Part shown: positions 1 to 10,290 of the stretch, piece after piece
Position numbering within the stretch: the first letter of the stretch is position 1
How the letters are laid out: every line of letters starts with the position of its first letter
Source: an uncultured Chloroflexia bacterium
Lineage (GTDB): Bacteria > Chloroflexota > Limnocylindria > Limnocylindrales > CSP1-4
Reading direction: 5' to 3'
Assembly: GCA_963762445.1 (NCBI GenBank)
Contig: CAVXLA010000010.1
Span: forward strand, 151,787 to 215,786
DNA length: 64,000 nucleotides
The notes under the pieces: model-generated
The model's input: only the letters and a program-made list of their open reading frames with translations
What the model was told of the DNA's origin: nothing
The model's database searches: none
Position numbers and translations under genes: made by a program

Positions 1-968
1 TCGACCGCGACGCTCTCGCCCTTGAGGGCGTTGACCTGGTACGGCCAGGTCGTCCCGACGACCGTCGCCCCGGTCTTGAAGTTGTCGATCTCGTCGGAGT
101 AGAGGGCCCAGTACTTGCCGACCCACGGGCGCTGCTGCTTGAGCAGGGTGACGGCGGCATCGAGCTGCTCCTGGGTCAGCTCGTAGGGGTCGGTGATGCC
201 GAGGGCCGGGTTCGTCGCCTTCAGGTAGAGGGCGGCGTCGGCGATGTAGATCGGGCTGTCGTAAGCCGTGATCTTGCCCTGGTACGCCTTCGAGGCGGTG
301 GCGTCGAAGACGACGTTCCAGCTCGTCGGGGCTGGCGTCACGACGTCCGTGCGATACATGAGGCTGTTGCCGCCCCAGCCGTGCGGGACGCCGTAGTGCT
401 TCCCGCCGACGACGTAGTGCGGCGCGTCCTGGAGGAACTGCGCGATGTCGCCGAAGCCCGGGATCTGGGTCGGGTCGACCGCCGCCACGTCGCCGTTCGC
501 GATCAGGCGGTTCGAGGCGTCGCCGGAGGCCGAGACGCCGTCGTAGACGCTGCCGCCGCCCTGGCGGAGCAGGGTCACCATCTCGTCGGACGTGTTGCCG
601 ATCTTCGTCGCGACCTTGCAGCCGGTCGCCTCCTCGAACGGCGTGACCCAGTCGTATTCCTTGACGTTCGAGCCGTTCTCCGCGTAGCCGGCCCAGATGA
701 TCAGGTTGAGGGCGCCCTCGCCCGGGCCGCCGACCGAAGCGAGGTCGACGGCCGGCTTGAGCGGGCTGATCGTCCCGAGCGCCGAGCCCGACAGCGTCGG
801 GGCCGGGGTCGCACCCTCGGTCGGGGCGGCGCTCGCGGTCGGCGCCGTCGCGGCGGCGGTGGGTGCGGCGGTCGGGGCGGCCGAGGGCGCGCTCGTGGCG
901 CCCCCGCTGCATGCCCCGACGACGAGCGCGACCGTCGCGATCGTCGCCGCGAGATGGCGGGTCTTCAT
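1..968 (-). CDS. ABC transporter substrate-binding lipoprotein, polyamine (PotD/PotF)-like; its 3' end runs off the left edge of the window
   Basis: Hand translation of the minus strand from ATG 968: MKTRHLAATIATVALVVGACSGG... (signal peptide plus lipobox VVGAC), then ...VYDGVSASGDASNRLIANGDVAAVD...GKHYGVPHGWGGNSLMYRTD.... GGGAGGAG lies just upstream. ATGA overlap with the stop of the upstream ATPase gene. Absent from the ORF track because there is no in-window stop. Confidence 0.8.
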   Translation of the reverse strand, partial: MKTRHLAATIATVALVVGACSGGATSAPSAAPTAAPTAAATAPTASAAPTEGATPAPTLSGSALGTISPLKPAVDLASVGGPGEGALNLIIWAGYAENGSNVKEYDWVTPFEEATGCKVATKIGNTSDEMVTLLRQGGGSVYDGVSASGDASNRLIANGDVAAVDPTQIPGFGDIAQFLQDAPHYVVGGKHYGVPHGWGGNSLMYRTDVVTPAPTSWNVVFDATASKAYQGKITAYDSPIYIADAALYLKATNPALGITDPYELTQEQLDAAVTLLKQQRPWVGKYWALYSDEIDNFKTGATVVGTTWPYQVNALKGESVAV

Positions 969-2071
969 CCTGGTTCTCCTCCCTCTCGTTCCTCTCGGTC
1001 GCCGGCGACCGGGAGGCTGTGCTGCCGCTGCCAGACGAGCCGCACCGGGCGGCCCCGCTGGGCGAGCGCCTCGGTCGACGTCGTCGACAGGTTCTGCTGG
1101 GTGACGACGAGCGTCGAGCCGGCATCGAGGCGCACGATGTAGCGCGTGTCGGCGCCGAGGTAGACGACCTCGGCGATCTCGCCGAGCGCCGTCGTCTCGT
1201 CGGGGCCGACCGGCCCATCCGGAGCCTCGATCCGGATCTTCTCCGGGCGGACGGTGAACGTGCCCTCCCGGCCGACGATGGCCCGGGCCACCGATCCCGA
1301 CAGGAGGTTGCTCGTGCCGACGAAGCCGGCGACGAAGCGGGTGTCTGGCTTCTCGTAGACGTCGGCCGGGGTCCCGACCTGCTCGATCCGTCCCTGGTTG
1401 AAGACGGCGAGGCGGTCGCTCATCGTGAGCGCCTCCTCCTGGTCGTGGGTGACGTAGATGAACGTGATCCCGACGTCGCGCTGGATCGTCTTGAGCTCGA
1501 TCTGCATCTCCTCGCGGAGCTTGAGGTCGAGCGCGCCGAGCGGCTCGTCGAGGAGGAGGACGCGGGGCCGGTTGACGAGGGCCCGGGCGAGGGCGACCCG
1601 CTGCCGCTGCCCGCCGGAGAGCTGCGACGGCTTCCGCTTCTCGTAGCCCTCGAGGCGGACCATGCGGAGCGCGTCGACGACCCGCTGTCGGCGCTCCTCG
1701 CGGCCCACCTTCCGGACCATGAGCCCGTAGCCGACGTTGTCGCCCACGCTCATGTGGGGAAAGAGGGCGTAGTCCTGGAAGACCGTGTTGACGTCGCGCT
1801 CGAACGGCGGCAGCTGCGACACGTCCTGGCCGCGGAGCTCGATCCGCCCGGCCGTCGGCAGCTCGAAGCCGGCGATCATCCGGAGCGTGGTCGTCTTGCC
1901 CGAGCCGGACGGGCCCAGCATCGAGAAGAACTCGCCCTCGCGGACCTCCAGGTCGATGCCCGCGACGGCGACGACCTCGCCGAAGTGCTTCTGGAGCCCG
2001 ACGAGGCGAACGGCGGGAACGCCGTCGTCGCGGACGCGCGCGCCGGAGCGTACCGGGGTGTCGATCGTCAC
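965..2071 (-). CDS. ABC transporter ATP-binding protein, PotA/CysA/MalK type (polyamine-importer-like)
   Basis: ORF 965..2155(-). Walker A GPSGSGKTT, Q-loop FQDYALFPHMSV, signature LSGGQRQRVALARAL, Walker B LLLDEPLGALD, and a C-terminal TOBE-like tail. Start moved to GTG 2071 (VTIDTPV...) because GGGAGGGAGAGG lies directly upstream. Confidence 0.9.
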   Translation of the reverse strand: MTIDTPVRSGARVRDDGVPAVRLVGLQKHFGEVVAVAGIDLEVREGEFFSMLGPSGSGKTTTLRMIAGFELPTAGRIELRGQDVSQLPPFERDVNTVFQDYALFPHMSVGDNVGYGLMVRKVGREERRQRVVDALRMVRLEGYEKRKPSQLSGGQRQRVALARALVNRPRVLLLDEPLGALDLKLREEMQIELKTIQRDVGITFIYVTHDQEEALTMSDRLAVFNQGRIEQVGTPADVYEKPDTRFVAGFVGTSNLLSGSVARAIVGREGTFTVRPEKIRIEAPDGPVGPDETTALGEIAEVVYLGADTRYIVRLDAGSTLVVTQQNLSTTSTEALAQRGRPVRLVWQRQHSLPVAGDREEREGGEPG

Positions 2072-2245
2072 GCCTCTCCCTCCCCACGACGGCGTCCGGT
2101 CCCGGCGCACGCGGAACCCACCGCACGCGGGGGACGCCACGGGACGGCGGAACATTGCCCGTGCGCCCTCGCCGTGTCAAGGATCGGCGGGCGCGGAGCC
2201 CGCTCGTCCCGGCGCGCGGCACGACCCGTGGCTACACTGCGCGCC

Positions 2246-2803
2246 GTGCGCCACCCTGCTCGCCATGCCGCGCGCCGCCGGCCCGGGCGCCTCGTTGCCG
2301 CGCTCGCCGTCGGCGGCCTCGTCGTCGCCGGGTGCGGGGCGACCTCCGTCCCGGCGACGCCGGCGATCACGCCCGGCACCCCCGCGACCCCGCGCCAGGT
2401 CAACGTCATCCTGAAGGACTACCTGTTCGTGCCCGGGATCGTCGACCTCGTCCCCGGCGAGACGATCACGCTCAACGTCGTGAACGGGGGCCTTGACACC
2501 CACGAGCTCGTCCTCGGGCCGTCGTCCGTCCAGGAAGCGTGGGAGGCCGCCGAGGCGCCGGCGGCGAACCCGCCGCCCGGCCCGACGCCGGCGGTCTCGG
2601 TCCGGCCCGCCCTCGAGGGCCTGCGCGTCGTGGTGGCCTCAGGCGCGACCGCGACGGTGACCTACACGGTGCCGGTTGGCGCCGGGCAGCTCCTCCTCGG
2701 CTGCCACATCTCGGACCACTGGGAGCGCGGGATGGCCGGGGCCATCCGGCTCGTCGGCCCCGGCGGCGCTCCGCTCGCCACGGCGCCTCCGACGGGCTCG
2801 TAG
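2246..2803 (+). CDS. Cupredoxin (type-1 blue copper-like) lipoprotein
   Basis: C-terminal 185 aa of ORF 863..2803. In-frame GTG at 2246, lipobox LVVAGCG, beta-rich VNVILKDYLFVPGIVDLVPGETITLNVVNGG..THE, and ligand-like spacing LGCHISDHWERGM (C-x4-H-x4-M). The upstream part of that ORF is antisense to the ATPase gene. Confidence 0.65.
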   Translation: MRHPARHAARRRPGRLVAALAVGGLVVAGCGATSVPATPAITPGTPATPRQVNVILKDYLFVPGIVDLVPGETITLNVVNGGLDTHELVLGPSSVQEAWEAAEAPAANPPPGPTPAVSVRPALEGLRVVVASGATATVTYTVPVGAGQLLLGCHISDHWERGMAGAIRLVGPGGAPLATAPPTGS

Positions 2804-2960
2804 CCACCGGCCCGGAGCTCCGTCGACCCGCGATCACAGCCCCCGGTGCCCGCCAGGCCCCGTCGCCAAGTGGTACGCTCGCCGCTGCGGGCGTGAGCGC
2901 CTGCCGCCCGGGAGCGGTGCCGCCCGGGGCCGTGGTGAGCTCTAGCGGAGGACCCCCGAG

Positions 2961-3248
<288 letters not shown>

Positions 3249-3253
3249 CGCCG

Positions 3254-3280
3254 GCGGCGCCCCTCCCGACCGGGCGCCGC
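3254..3280 (+). terminator. Candidate GC-rich hairpin terminator after the ferredoxin gene
   Basis: GCGGCGCCC (3254-3262) pairs with GGGCGCCGC (3272-3280) around a 9-nt loop. No U-tract follows, which is common in high-GC genomes. Confidence 0.3.
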
Positions 3281-3357
3281 GCCGATCGCCATTCCACGAC
3301 CGGCCCCCGGCGACGGGCGGCCGGTCGCCGCGTCTCCGCGCGAGAGCCACCACGCCC

Positions 3358-4178
3358 GTGCGCATCGTCTCGCTCCTGCCGGCCGCCACGGAGATCGTCT
3401 GCGCCCTCGGGCTCGAGGACGATCTCGTGGGCGTGTCGCACGCCTGCGACTTCCCTCCGTCCGTCGTGGGGCGCCGCCTGGTCACGCGGCCGTCGTCGGG
3501 GGCGGTGGACGGGACCGCCCTCGCCTCGCTTCGCCCGGATCTCGTCTTCGCCGGCCCGGGACCGCGCGACTGGAAGGCGGGGGCCGGCGCCACGGTCGTG
3601 GTCCTCGATCCCGTCAGCCTGGAGGGGATCTTCCACTCGATCGCGACCGTCGGGGCGATGACCGCCGCCGAGGACGAGGCGGTCGGGCTCGTCGAGATCC
3701 TCCGCGAGCGCCTCGCCGACGTGGAGGAGGTCGCCGCGGAGCGCCGCGACGGGGGCCACCACGCGCCGCGGGTCGTCGCCCTCGACGGGCTCGAGCCCGC
3801 TCGACCGCGGCCGGCCTCTGGCTGCCCGAGCAGGTTCGGCGGGCAGGGGGCTGGGAGGTCCTCGGGAGCGACGGCGAGGCCAGCCGCCCGACCACCTGGG
3901 AGGCCGTCGCGGAGGTGGATCCCGAGATGCTGCTCGTCGCCCCCCGCGGGATGCACCTGCGCGAGGCGACCCGGACCTGGAAGGCCACCCCGCGACCCCC
4001 GTTCTGGTCCGAGATGGCGGCGGTTCGCGGCGGCCGCGTCGTCGTCCTCGACGCCGCCGCCTACTTCAGCCGACCGGGACCGCGGGTGATCGAGGGGATC
4101 GAGATCCTGGCCGAGATCTTCGATCCCGCGGGGTTCGTCGACCTGGCGCCGGCCGGCAGCTGGGTCCCGGTCCCGTGA
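3358..4178 (+). pseudogene. Periplasmic-binding-protein type 2 (cobalamin/Fe-siderophore, BtuF-like) protein, one frameshift as assembled
   Basis: ORF 3358..4089 gives MRIVSLLPAATEIVCALGLEDDLVGVSHACDFP... up to ...RVVALDGLEP. The sensible continuation (AAGLWLPEQVRRAGGWEVLG...VDPEMLLVAPRGMHL...YFSRPGPRVIEGIEILAEIF) is in the frame of ORF 3915..4178. The frame change is near 3795-3808. Confidence 0.7.
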
Positions 4179-4273
4179 GGTCGCGCCCGCGGCGGCATCG
4201 GTCGGCCGCTCCTTCCCGCCCACCCGGGCGACGGCCGCCTGACGTCGCGAGGCGGTGGGATACACTCCCGCCC

Positions 4274-5138
4274 ATGTCGCCCCTCGCAGACCGCACCCTG
4301 GCCACCGTCGGCACCGGCGTCATGGCCGAATCCATGATCGCTGGCCTCATCCGCGGCCAGCTCGTCGCGCCGTCCCAGGTGATCGCCAGCCATCCGCGCC
4401 CGGAGCGGCGCGAGCAGCTCGCCGCGGCCCACGGCATCCGGGTCACCGCCAGCAACGTGGAGGCCGTCGCCGGCGCCGACGTGGTCCTGCTCACGGTCAA
4501 GCCGCAGATGCTGGCCAGGGTCGGCCGCGAGATCGGGCCGCATCTGGCGCCCGGCCAGCTGGTCCTCAGCGTGATCGCCGGGGCCACGACGACGGCGCTC
4601 GAAGGGCTGCTGGGGCATCGCGAGCTCGTCCGGAGCATGCCGAACACGCCGGCCCAGCTGGGCCGCGGGATGACCGTCTGGTACGCGACTCCGGAGACGA
4701 CCGCCGACCAGCGGGCCCAGGCGAAGGCGATCCTCTCGGCCCTGGGCGCCGAGCTCGAGGTCGACGACGAGAAGTTCGTGGCCATGGCGACTGCCGTCTC
4801 GGGGACCGGGCCCGACCTACGTCTTCCTCGTCATGGAGGCCCTCGTCGACGCGGCCGTCCACCTCGGCTTCCCGCGCCACGTGGCCCACGACCTCGTGGT
4901 CGAGACGCTCGAAGGGAGCGCGCTCTTCGCCAAGCAGTCCGGCGCCCACCCGGCGGTTCTCCGGAACATGGTGACGTCCCCCGGCGGGACGAGCGCGGCC
5001 GCCCTCCACGAGCTCGAATCCGGGCGCCTCCGCACGGTCCTCTCCGAGGCGGTCTGGGCCGCCTACCGCCGGACCGTGGAGCTCGGCGACCAGCTCGAGG
5101 CCGCCGTTAACGCACCCGAGGAGCGCCGCCGGCGGTGA
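4274..5138 (+). pseudogene. proC: Pyrroline-5-carboxylate reductase, one frameshift as assembled
   Basis: ORF 4175..5110 from ATG 4274 (MSPLADRTLATVGTGVMAESMIAGL...KPQML...MPNTPAQLGRGMTVW...AVSGTGP). It continues in ORF 4833..5138 (MEALVDAAVHLGFPR...VTSPGGTSAAALHELE). Removing one base near 4811-4817 (gggcccGacctac) restores GTGPTYVFLVMEA. Confidence 0.85.
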
Positions 5139-5202
5139 CCGCGGCCGCCCGGGAGCTCGACCCGGCCCTGCGCGCCCTGGCCGGCGTGGTATAACGCCCC
5201 CG

Positions 5203-7554
5203 ATGTCACGCTTCGCCCGCAGCGACGAGGTCGACGAGGCCCTCCTCCCCAACGCCGAGACCGCCTTCGAGGCGGCCGCCGCCGAGCCTGCCGCCGCCGA
5301 GCCGGCTGGGGCCGCCGGGCCCGCCGCCGCGGAGCCGGTCTCTGCGGAGCCGGCCCCGGTAGAGGCGGGCGCGCCGGTCCTCCGCCGCCGCGGTCGGCCG
5401 CCCGGCTCGAAGAACAAGCCGAAGCCCGCCCCCGTTGCGGCCTTGGCCGCCGTCGGCACGCCGACCGCGCCCGTCGCCACCGCCGCGGACGACGCGCCGC
5501 CCCCGCCCCCAGCGGCCCGTCGCCGCGGGCGCCCCCCGGGCCGCGCGTCCCGCGCCGCAACCCACCCGTTGGGCCGCGCACCCCGCACGCCCCGCGCCGC
5601 GACGCCCCAGCCGCGTCACCACGGGCCACTCACGATCGAGCAGATCGTCGCCGTCGAGTCGCCGAAGGAGCCGCGCCTTTCGCCGGACGGCCGCCGCGTT
5701 GCCTACACGGCCGAGGCCGCCGGGGCGCGCCAGGCCTTCATCCTGGACCTGCGCTCCGGGCAGGTCCGCCAGGTGACCGCCTCTGAGCACGCCGTCAGCG
5801 ACCCGCGGTGGTCCCCGGACGGGACCCGCCTGGCGTACGTGCGGGAGAAGGCGATCTGGATCGTCGGGATCGACGGCACCCGGCCGGCGATCGTCGCGGA
5901 CCACCCGGCCGGCCAGCACACGCCGCGATGGGCGCCCGACGGGCGCCAGATCGCCTTCGTCTCGCGCCGCCGCGGCTGGAGCCAGGCGTGGGTCGTCGCC
6001 GCACCCCTGCCCCGCCGAGGTCCGCGGCCGGCCCGGGAGGCGCGCCCGGAGCCGCGGGCCATCACGCCGGTCGGGATGGACGTCGAGGATCTCCAGTGGT
6101 CGCCGGCCGGCGGGCGCATCGCGGTGCTCGCCCAGCGTGACCCGGACCTCACGACGATGCAGGTCACCGTCGTGGACGTGGTCGGGGGCGAGGATCGGGT
6201 GGTCGCCGGCGCCGGGGCCTGGGCGACGACCCCGCGCTGGCTGCCCGACGGCAGCGGGCTCCTGGTTGCCTCCGATCGCGACGGCTGGTTCCAGGTCGTC
6301 CGCGTCCCCCTCGACGGCGGCGAGCCGTCCGCCCTGACGGCCGGGGCCGTGGAGCACGGCGACTACCAGGGCGGCTTCGGCATGGCGTCCCTCCCGTCGC
6401 CTGACGGGACGCGGTTCGTCCACCCGGTGTTCCGCGACGGGCTCGTGGACCTGTTCGTCGCACCCCTGGCCGCCGCGCCGCCCGTTCGGCGCGGTCGTGG
6501 CCGGCCGCCGAAGCGGCGTCCCGGCGAGGCGATGCCCGGGCCCGGCGTCCGGATCAACCCGGCCGACGGCGTCTGGCTTTCCGCGGACTGGCTGCCCGAC
6601 GGGAGCGCGATCCTCGCGGTCGGCAGGTCCGAGCGCGATCCCGAGGACCTCTGGATCCTTCCCGTCCCGGCGCCGGACGGCCGGCTCGCCCGGCCGCGGC
6701 GCCTGACCCGCTCGCTGCCCGCCGCCGTCCCCGTCGGGGGCTTCGTCGAGCCCGAACGCGTCGTGATCGGGGCCCGGGACGGCCAGGCGATCCCGGCGAC
6801 CTTGTGGCGCCCCGCCGACGCCACCGGGAAGCGCGGCGGGAGGACGGTCCCGACCATCGTCAACGCGCACGGCGGTCCCTCCTCACTGGTGCTCCGGGAC
6901 TTCCAGCCGTTCCGCCAGCTGCTGGTCCAGGAAGGGTTCGCCTTCCTGTCGGTCGACTTCCGGGGTTCGACCGGCCACGGCCGCGCCTTCCGCCTGGCCA
7001 ATCTCGGCGAGTGGGGCCACGCCGACCTGCACGACGTGATCGACGCCGCGCGCTGGGCCGCCGCCCAGCCGTGGTCGAACGGAAAGCTCGCCATGTTCGG
7101 CGGCTCCTACGGCGGCTATCTGACCCTCTGCGCCCTCGTCGAGGAGCCCGCGATGTGGGCCGCCGGCGTGGACCTCTTCGGCGATTCCGAGATCGCCGAG
7201 AGCTACCGGCACGGCGACCGGTTCGGCCGGATCGACCTCCAGCGGATGATGGGCTCGCCCGACGACCCCGCCCGTGCCGAGCTCTTCCGCCGCGGCTCGC
7301 CGCTCTACCGGGCCGAGCGGATCGAGGCCCCGCTCCTGATCCTCCACGGTCGCAAGGATCGCCGGGTCGTGCCGCTGATGACCGAGAAGATGGTCGAGGC
7401 GCTCGAGATCGAGGGCAAGCACCACGAGGTCCATTGGTACCCGGACGAGGGGCACGGGTGGGAGCGCCGCGAGAACCGGCGTGACGCGTTCGGGAGGATC
7501 GTCGCGTTCCTGAGGCGGCACGTCCTCGGGGAATCGCCAACCGCGGAGCGCTGA
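5203..7554 (+). CDS. S9 family serine peptidase (TolB-like beta-propeller plus prolyl oligopeptidase domain) with a low-complexity N-terminal extension bearing AT-hook-like RGRP motifs
   Basis: ORF 5203..7554. Repeated ...SPDG/APDG..IAF/LAY propeller blades. Nucleophile motif FGGSYGGYLT, then ILHGRKDRRV and YPDEGHGW (Ser/Asp/His triad context). RRRGRPPGSKNKPKP at 5383-5427, RRRGRPPGR at 5518-5544, RRGRGRPPKRRPG at 6487-6525. Confidence 0.85.
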   Translation: MSRFARSDEVDEALLPNAETAFEAAAAEPAAAEPAGAAGPAAAEPVSAEPAPVEAGAPVLRRRGRPPGSKNKPKPAPVAALAAVGTPTAPVATAADDAPPPPPAARRRGRPPGRASRAATHPLGRAPRTPRAATPQPRHHGPLTIEQIVAVESPKEPRLSPDGRRVAYTAEAAGARQAFILDLRSGQVRQVTASEHAVSDPRWSPDGTRLAYVREKAIWIVGIDGTRPAIVADHPAGQHTPRWAPDGRQIAFVSRRRGWSQAWVVAAPLPRRGPRPAREARPEPRAITPVGMDVEDLQWSPAGGRIAVLAQRDPDLTTMQVTVVDVVGGEDRVVAGAGAWATTPRWLPDGSGLLVASDRDGWFQVVRVPLDGGEPSALTAGAVEHGDYQGGFGMASLPSPDGTRFVHPVFRDGLVDLFVAPLAAAPPVRRGRGRPPKRRPGEAMPGPGVRINPADGVWLSADWLPDGSAILAVGRSERDPEDLWILPVPAPDGRLARPRRLTRSLPAAVPVGGFVEPERVVIGARDGQAIPATLWRPADATGKRGGRTVPTIVNAHGGPSSLVLRDFQPFRQLLVQEGFAFLSVDFRGSTGHGRAFRLANLGEWGHADLHDVIDAARWAAAQPWSNGKLAMFGGSYGGYLTLCALVEEPAMWAAGVDLFGDSEIAESYRHGDRFGRIDLQRMMGSPDDPARAELFRRGSPLYRAERIEAPLLILHGRKDRRVVPLMTEKMVEALEIEGKHHEVHWYPDEGHGWERRENRRDAFGRIVAFLRRHVLGESPTAER

Positions 7555-7693
7555 GACCTCACGTCGGCCGGGCCGAGGACGCCATTCGGGCCGCACGGGC
7601 CGGCGCTCGCCCCGGCGGGCACCACGGAGGACGCTTGCCCCGGCGGGCCGCCCTCGCCCGACGGGCGTAGCCTCTGCGCATCGAGCCCGCCGC

Positions 7694-8203
7694 ATGGAGC
7701 CACCGATGACTGCCGCTGCCCAGCCCTCCCCGCCGCCGGCCGCAAGCCGGCTCGACCTGCGGCCCCACCCGCGCCGCGCGCGCCTCATCCGCCGGAAGGA
7801 CGTGGCCGGAGTGGGGCTCAACGCCCGGATCGCGCAGGCGGTCACGGCCGCGGTCGGGACGATGTACGCCTTCTACCTGTTCGCGCTGGTCATGGGCGGC
7901 TGGATCCTGTGGCAGGGGGCAGTCGTCTCGAAGCCGTTCGACCCGTTCCCGTTCGCTTTCCTCCTCTTCCTCGGCAACATCGTCCAGCTGCTGCTCATGC
8001 CCCTGATCATGGTCGGCCAGAACGTCCAGGCGGCCCACGCCGACGCCCGCTCGGAGTCGGACTTCGAGGTCAACGTCAAGGCCGAGGCTGAGATCGAGAA
8101 GGTCCTCGCCGCGCTGCAGGCCCTCGACCAGCGCACGCTGGCGATCGTCGAGCGGCTCGCCGCGTCAGCCAATGCCGGAGGCGAAGGCGGGACCGACGCC
8201 TGA
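7694..8203 (+). CDS. DUF1003-family membrane protein
   Basis: ORF 7694..8203. Two TM helices, then the characteristic LGNIVQLLLMPLIMVGQNVQAAHADARSESDFEVNVKAEAEIEKVL segment. Confidence 0.75.
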   Translation: MEPPMTAAAQPSPPPAASRLDLRPHPRRARLIRRKDVAGVGLNARIAQAVTAAVGTMYAFYLFALVMGGWILWQGAVVSKPFDPFPFAFLLFLGNIVQLLLMPLIMVGQNVQAAHADARSESDFEVNVKAEAEIEKVLAALQALDQRTLAIVERLAASANAGGEGGTDA

Positions 8204-8446
8204 GGGCCGGCCGCGAGCTCCCCGCCGCGACCCCGGGAGCGCCCGCCGCGAGCGCCCCGCCGCGGTCATGACCCCGCGAGGCTCCAGGGGGCAGGCGGGC
8301 TTCGGTACCATCGGCGCCAACAACACGGCGGCGCGGCCGCCCGACCCGGTGCGGCCGCCGAACCCGACGCGGCCACCAGGTCGGCGTTGCCGTTGGCTCG
8401 CATTCACCGCTCGCGCCAACAGCCTGCACCCCAGGAGCCCATCGTC

Positions 8447-9409
8447 TTGAGCACCACGACCTCGCACGACCCGATCCCGACCCGGGCCCTCCGCACCTCG
8501 TTCATCTGGCTCTCGCATCGCCGGGCCCTCGGGCGGCTCTCGACCCGGATCCCGATCACCCGGCCGATGGTCCGCCGCTTCATCGCCGGTGAATCGCTCC
8601 CCGAGGTCCTCCCGTCGCTCGAGCGACTCCGCGACGCCGGCTACCTGACGACCGTCGACGTCCTGGGCGAATCGGTCGACTCGACGGATGCCTGCGGCCT
8701 GGCCGTCGGCCGCTACGGGGAGACGCTCGACGCGCTCGCGGCGCACGGCCTCGAACGGAACGTCAGCCTGAAGCTGACCCAGATGGGCCTCGACATCGAC
8801 CGCGACCTCTGCCGCGACACGGTCGCCCGGGTCTTCCGCAAGGCCGCCGAGCTGGGAGCCTTCGTGCGCGTCGACATGGAGGACCACACCAAGACGGACA
8901 AGACGCTCGGCCTCTGGCGCGAGCTGCGGTCGCTCAACCCGAACAGCGGGGTCGTCATCCAGGCCGCGCTGCGCCGCTCGCCGGCCGACGTGGAGACCCT
9001 GATCGCGGAGGGTGCCCGGGTCCGCCTCTGCAAGGGCGCCTACAACGAGCCTGCCGCCATCGCCCTGCGCGAGCGTGAGGAGATCAGCGCTGCGTACGAG
9101 GCCCAGGCCCGGCGGCTGATGGCCGACGGCCCCTACCCGGCCCTGGCCACCCACGACGGGCACCTCATCGGGCGCCTGATCCGCTGGGCGGAGGCCGAGG
9201 GGATCGCCCGCGACCGCTACGAGTTCCAGATGCTCCACGGCGTTCGCCGCGATCTGCAGGCCCAGCTGCTGGAGCGCGGCTACCGCGTCCGCGTCTACGT
9301 GCCGTACGGCTCGCAGTGGTACCCGTACTTCATGCGCCGCCTCGCCGAGAAGCCCTCGAACGTCTTGTTCATGCTCCGGAGCCTCCTGAAGGAGGGCCGG
9401 GCGGGCTGA
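8447..9409 (+). CDS. Proline dehydrogenase (monofunctional PutA-like)
   Basis: ORF 8387..9409. ...FIAGESLPEVL...VDVLGES...VRVDMEDHTKTD...VIQAALRRS...VRLCKGAY...ATHDGHLI...YEFQMLHGVRRDL...VRVYVPYG..WYPYFMRRLAEKPSN. Start placed at TTG 8447 (AGGAG at 8433-8437); TTG 8387 is the alternative. Confidence 0.85.
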   Translation: MSTTTSHDPIPTRALRTSFIWLSHRRALGRLSTRIPITRPMVRRFIAGESLPEVLPSLERLRDAGYLTTVDVLGESVDSTDACGLAVGRYGETLDALAAHGLERNVSLKLTQMGLDIDRDLCRDTVARVFRKAAELGAFVRVDMEDHTKTDKTLGLWRELRSLNPNSGVVIQAALRRSPADVETLIAEGARVRLCKGAYNEPAAIALREREEISAAYEAQARRLMADGPYPALATHDGHLIGRLIRWAEAEGIARDRYEFQMLHGVRRDLQAQLLERGYRVRVYVPYGSQWYPYFMRRLAEKPSNVLFMLRSLLKEGRAG

Positions 9410-9461
9410 GGCGGGCCGGGCCGGGGCTCGACCGGGGCCGAATGGGCGCCGGAGCCGGTCG

Positions 9462-10271
9462 TCAGCGGACGGCGAACGATCGCTTGGCCAGGCCGTACCA
9501 GTAGCCGTCGATCCGGAACTGGGGCGCCTCGTCGGCGACGGCCGCGGCCCCGAGGGTGACGAAGAGCGGCGCGAAGTGCTCGACGGTCGGGTGCGCGTAC
9601 GGCATCCCGGGGGCCCGGTTGCGGAAGTCGAAGAGCGCGTCGATGTCGCCGGCCGCCAGCGCCTCCGCGGCCCAGCGGTCGAAGTCCATCGACCACGCGG
9701 GGGTCCCCTCCTTGCCGGCCATGTACTCGCGGACGAACGGCAGCCCGTGGGTGAGGAAGCCGCTGCCGACGACGAGCACGCCTTCGTCGCGGAGGGGCGC
9801 CAGGCGCCGCCCGACCGCGAACAGGTGCTCGGGATCCAGGTCCGGGAGCGACATCTGCAGGACGGGGACGTCGGCGTCCGGGTACATCACCGTGAGCGGC
9901 ACGTACGCCCCGTGGTCGAGCCCGCGGTTCGGGGCCTGGGCGACGGGCTCCAGGTCGCCGACCAACTTCGCCACGGACACCGCGAGGTCGGGGGCGCCGG
10001 GCGCCGCGTAGCGGGTCCGGTAGTAGCGCTCCGGGAAGCCGTAGAAGTCGTAGACGAGCGGGACGGGCGTCGTCGCGCCGACCGTGAGCGGCTGGGATTC
10101 CCAGTGGGCGCTGACCATCAGGATCGAGCGGGGGCGGGGCAGGTCGCGGGCCCAGGCCGCGAGCTCGGCCGGCCAGACCGGGTCGTCGACGAGCGTCGGA
10201 GCGCCGTGGCCGATGTAGATCGCCGGCATCCGCTCCGGCGCGGGGGTCGAGGGGACGTCGCGTGCTGTCAT
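9462..10271 (-). CDS. Class III extradiol ring-cleavage dioxygenase (LigB/YgiD, 4,5-DOPA dioxygenase-like)
   Basis: ORF 9462..10271(-). PAIYIGHGAP...LMVSAHWES...VYDFYGFP...LDHGAYVPL...VVGSGFLTHG...HPTVEHFAPLFV. Confidence 0.8.
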   Translation of the reverse strand: MTARDVPSTPAPERMPAIYIGHGAPTLVDDPVWPAELAAWARDLPRPRSILMVSAHWESQPLTVGATTPVPLVYDFYGFPERYYRTRYAAPGAPDLAVSVAKLVGDLEPVAQAPNRGLDHGAYVPLTVMYPDADVPVLQMSLPDLDPEHLFAVGRRLAPLRDEGVLVVGSGFLTHGLPFVREYMAGKEGTPAWSMDFDRWAAEALAAGDIDALFDFRNRAPGMPYAHPTVEHFAPLFVTLGAAAVADEAPQFRIDGYWYGLAKRSFAVR

Positions 10272-10290
10272 GAGATCACGGTAGCACGGT

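Noticed and set aside
863-2245. N-terminal 460 codons of the 646-aa ORF 863..2803 (+)
   Set aside because: This part is antisense to the well-supported ABC ATPase gene and is R/G/E/D/L-rich with no motifs. Only the last 185 codons (from GTG 2246) form a sensible lipoprotein. It is a typical high-GC open antisense frame.
3249-3357. Possible cobalamin riboswitch upstream of the BtuF-like binding-protein gene
   Set aside because: The spacer is only ~110 nt and I found no B12-box-like core. The most prominent structure is the hairpin that looks like the ferredoxin terminator.
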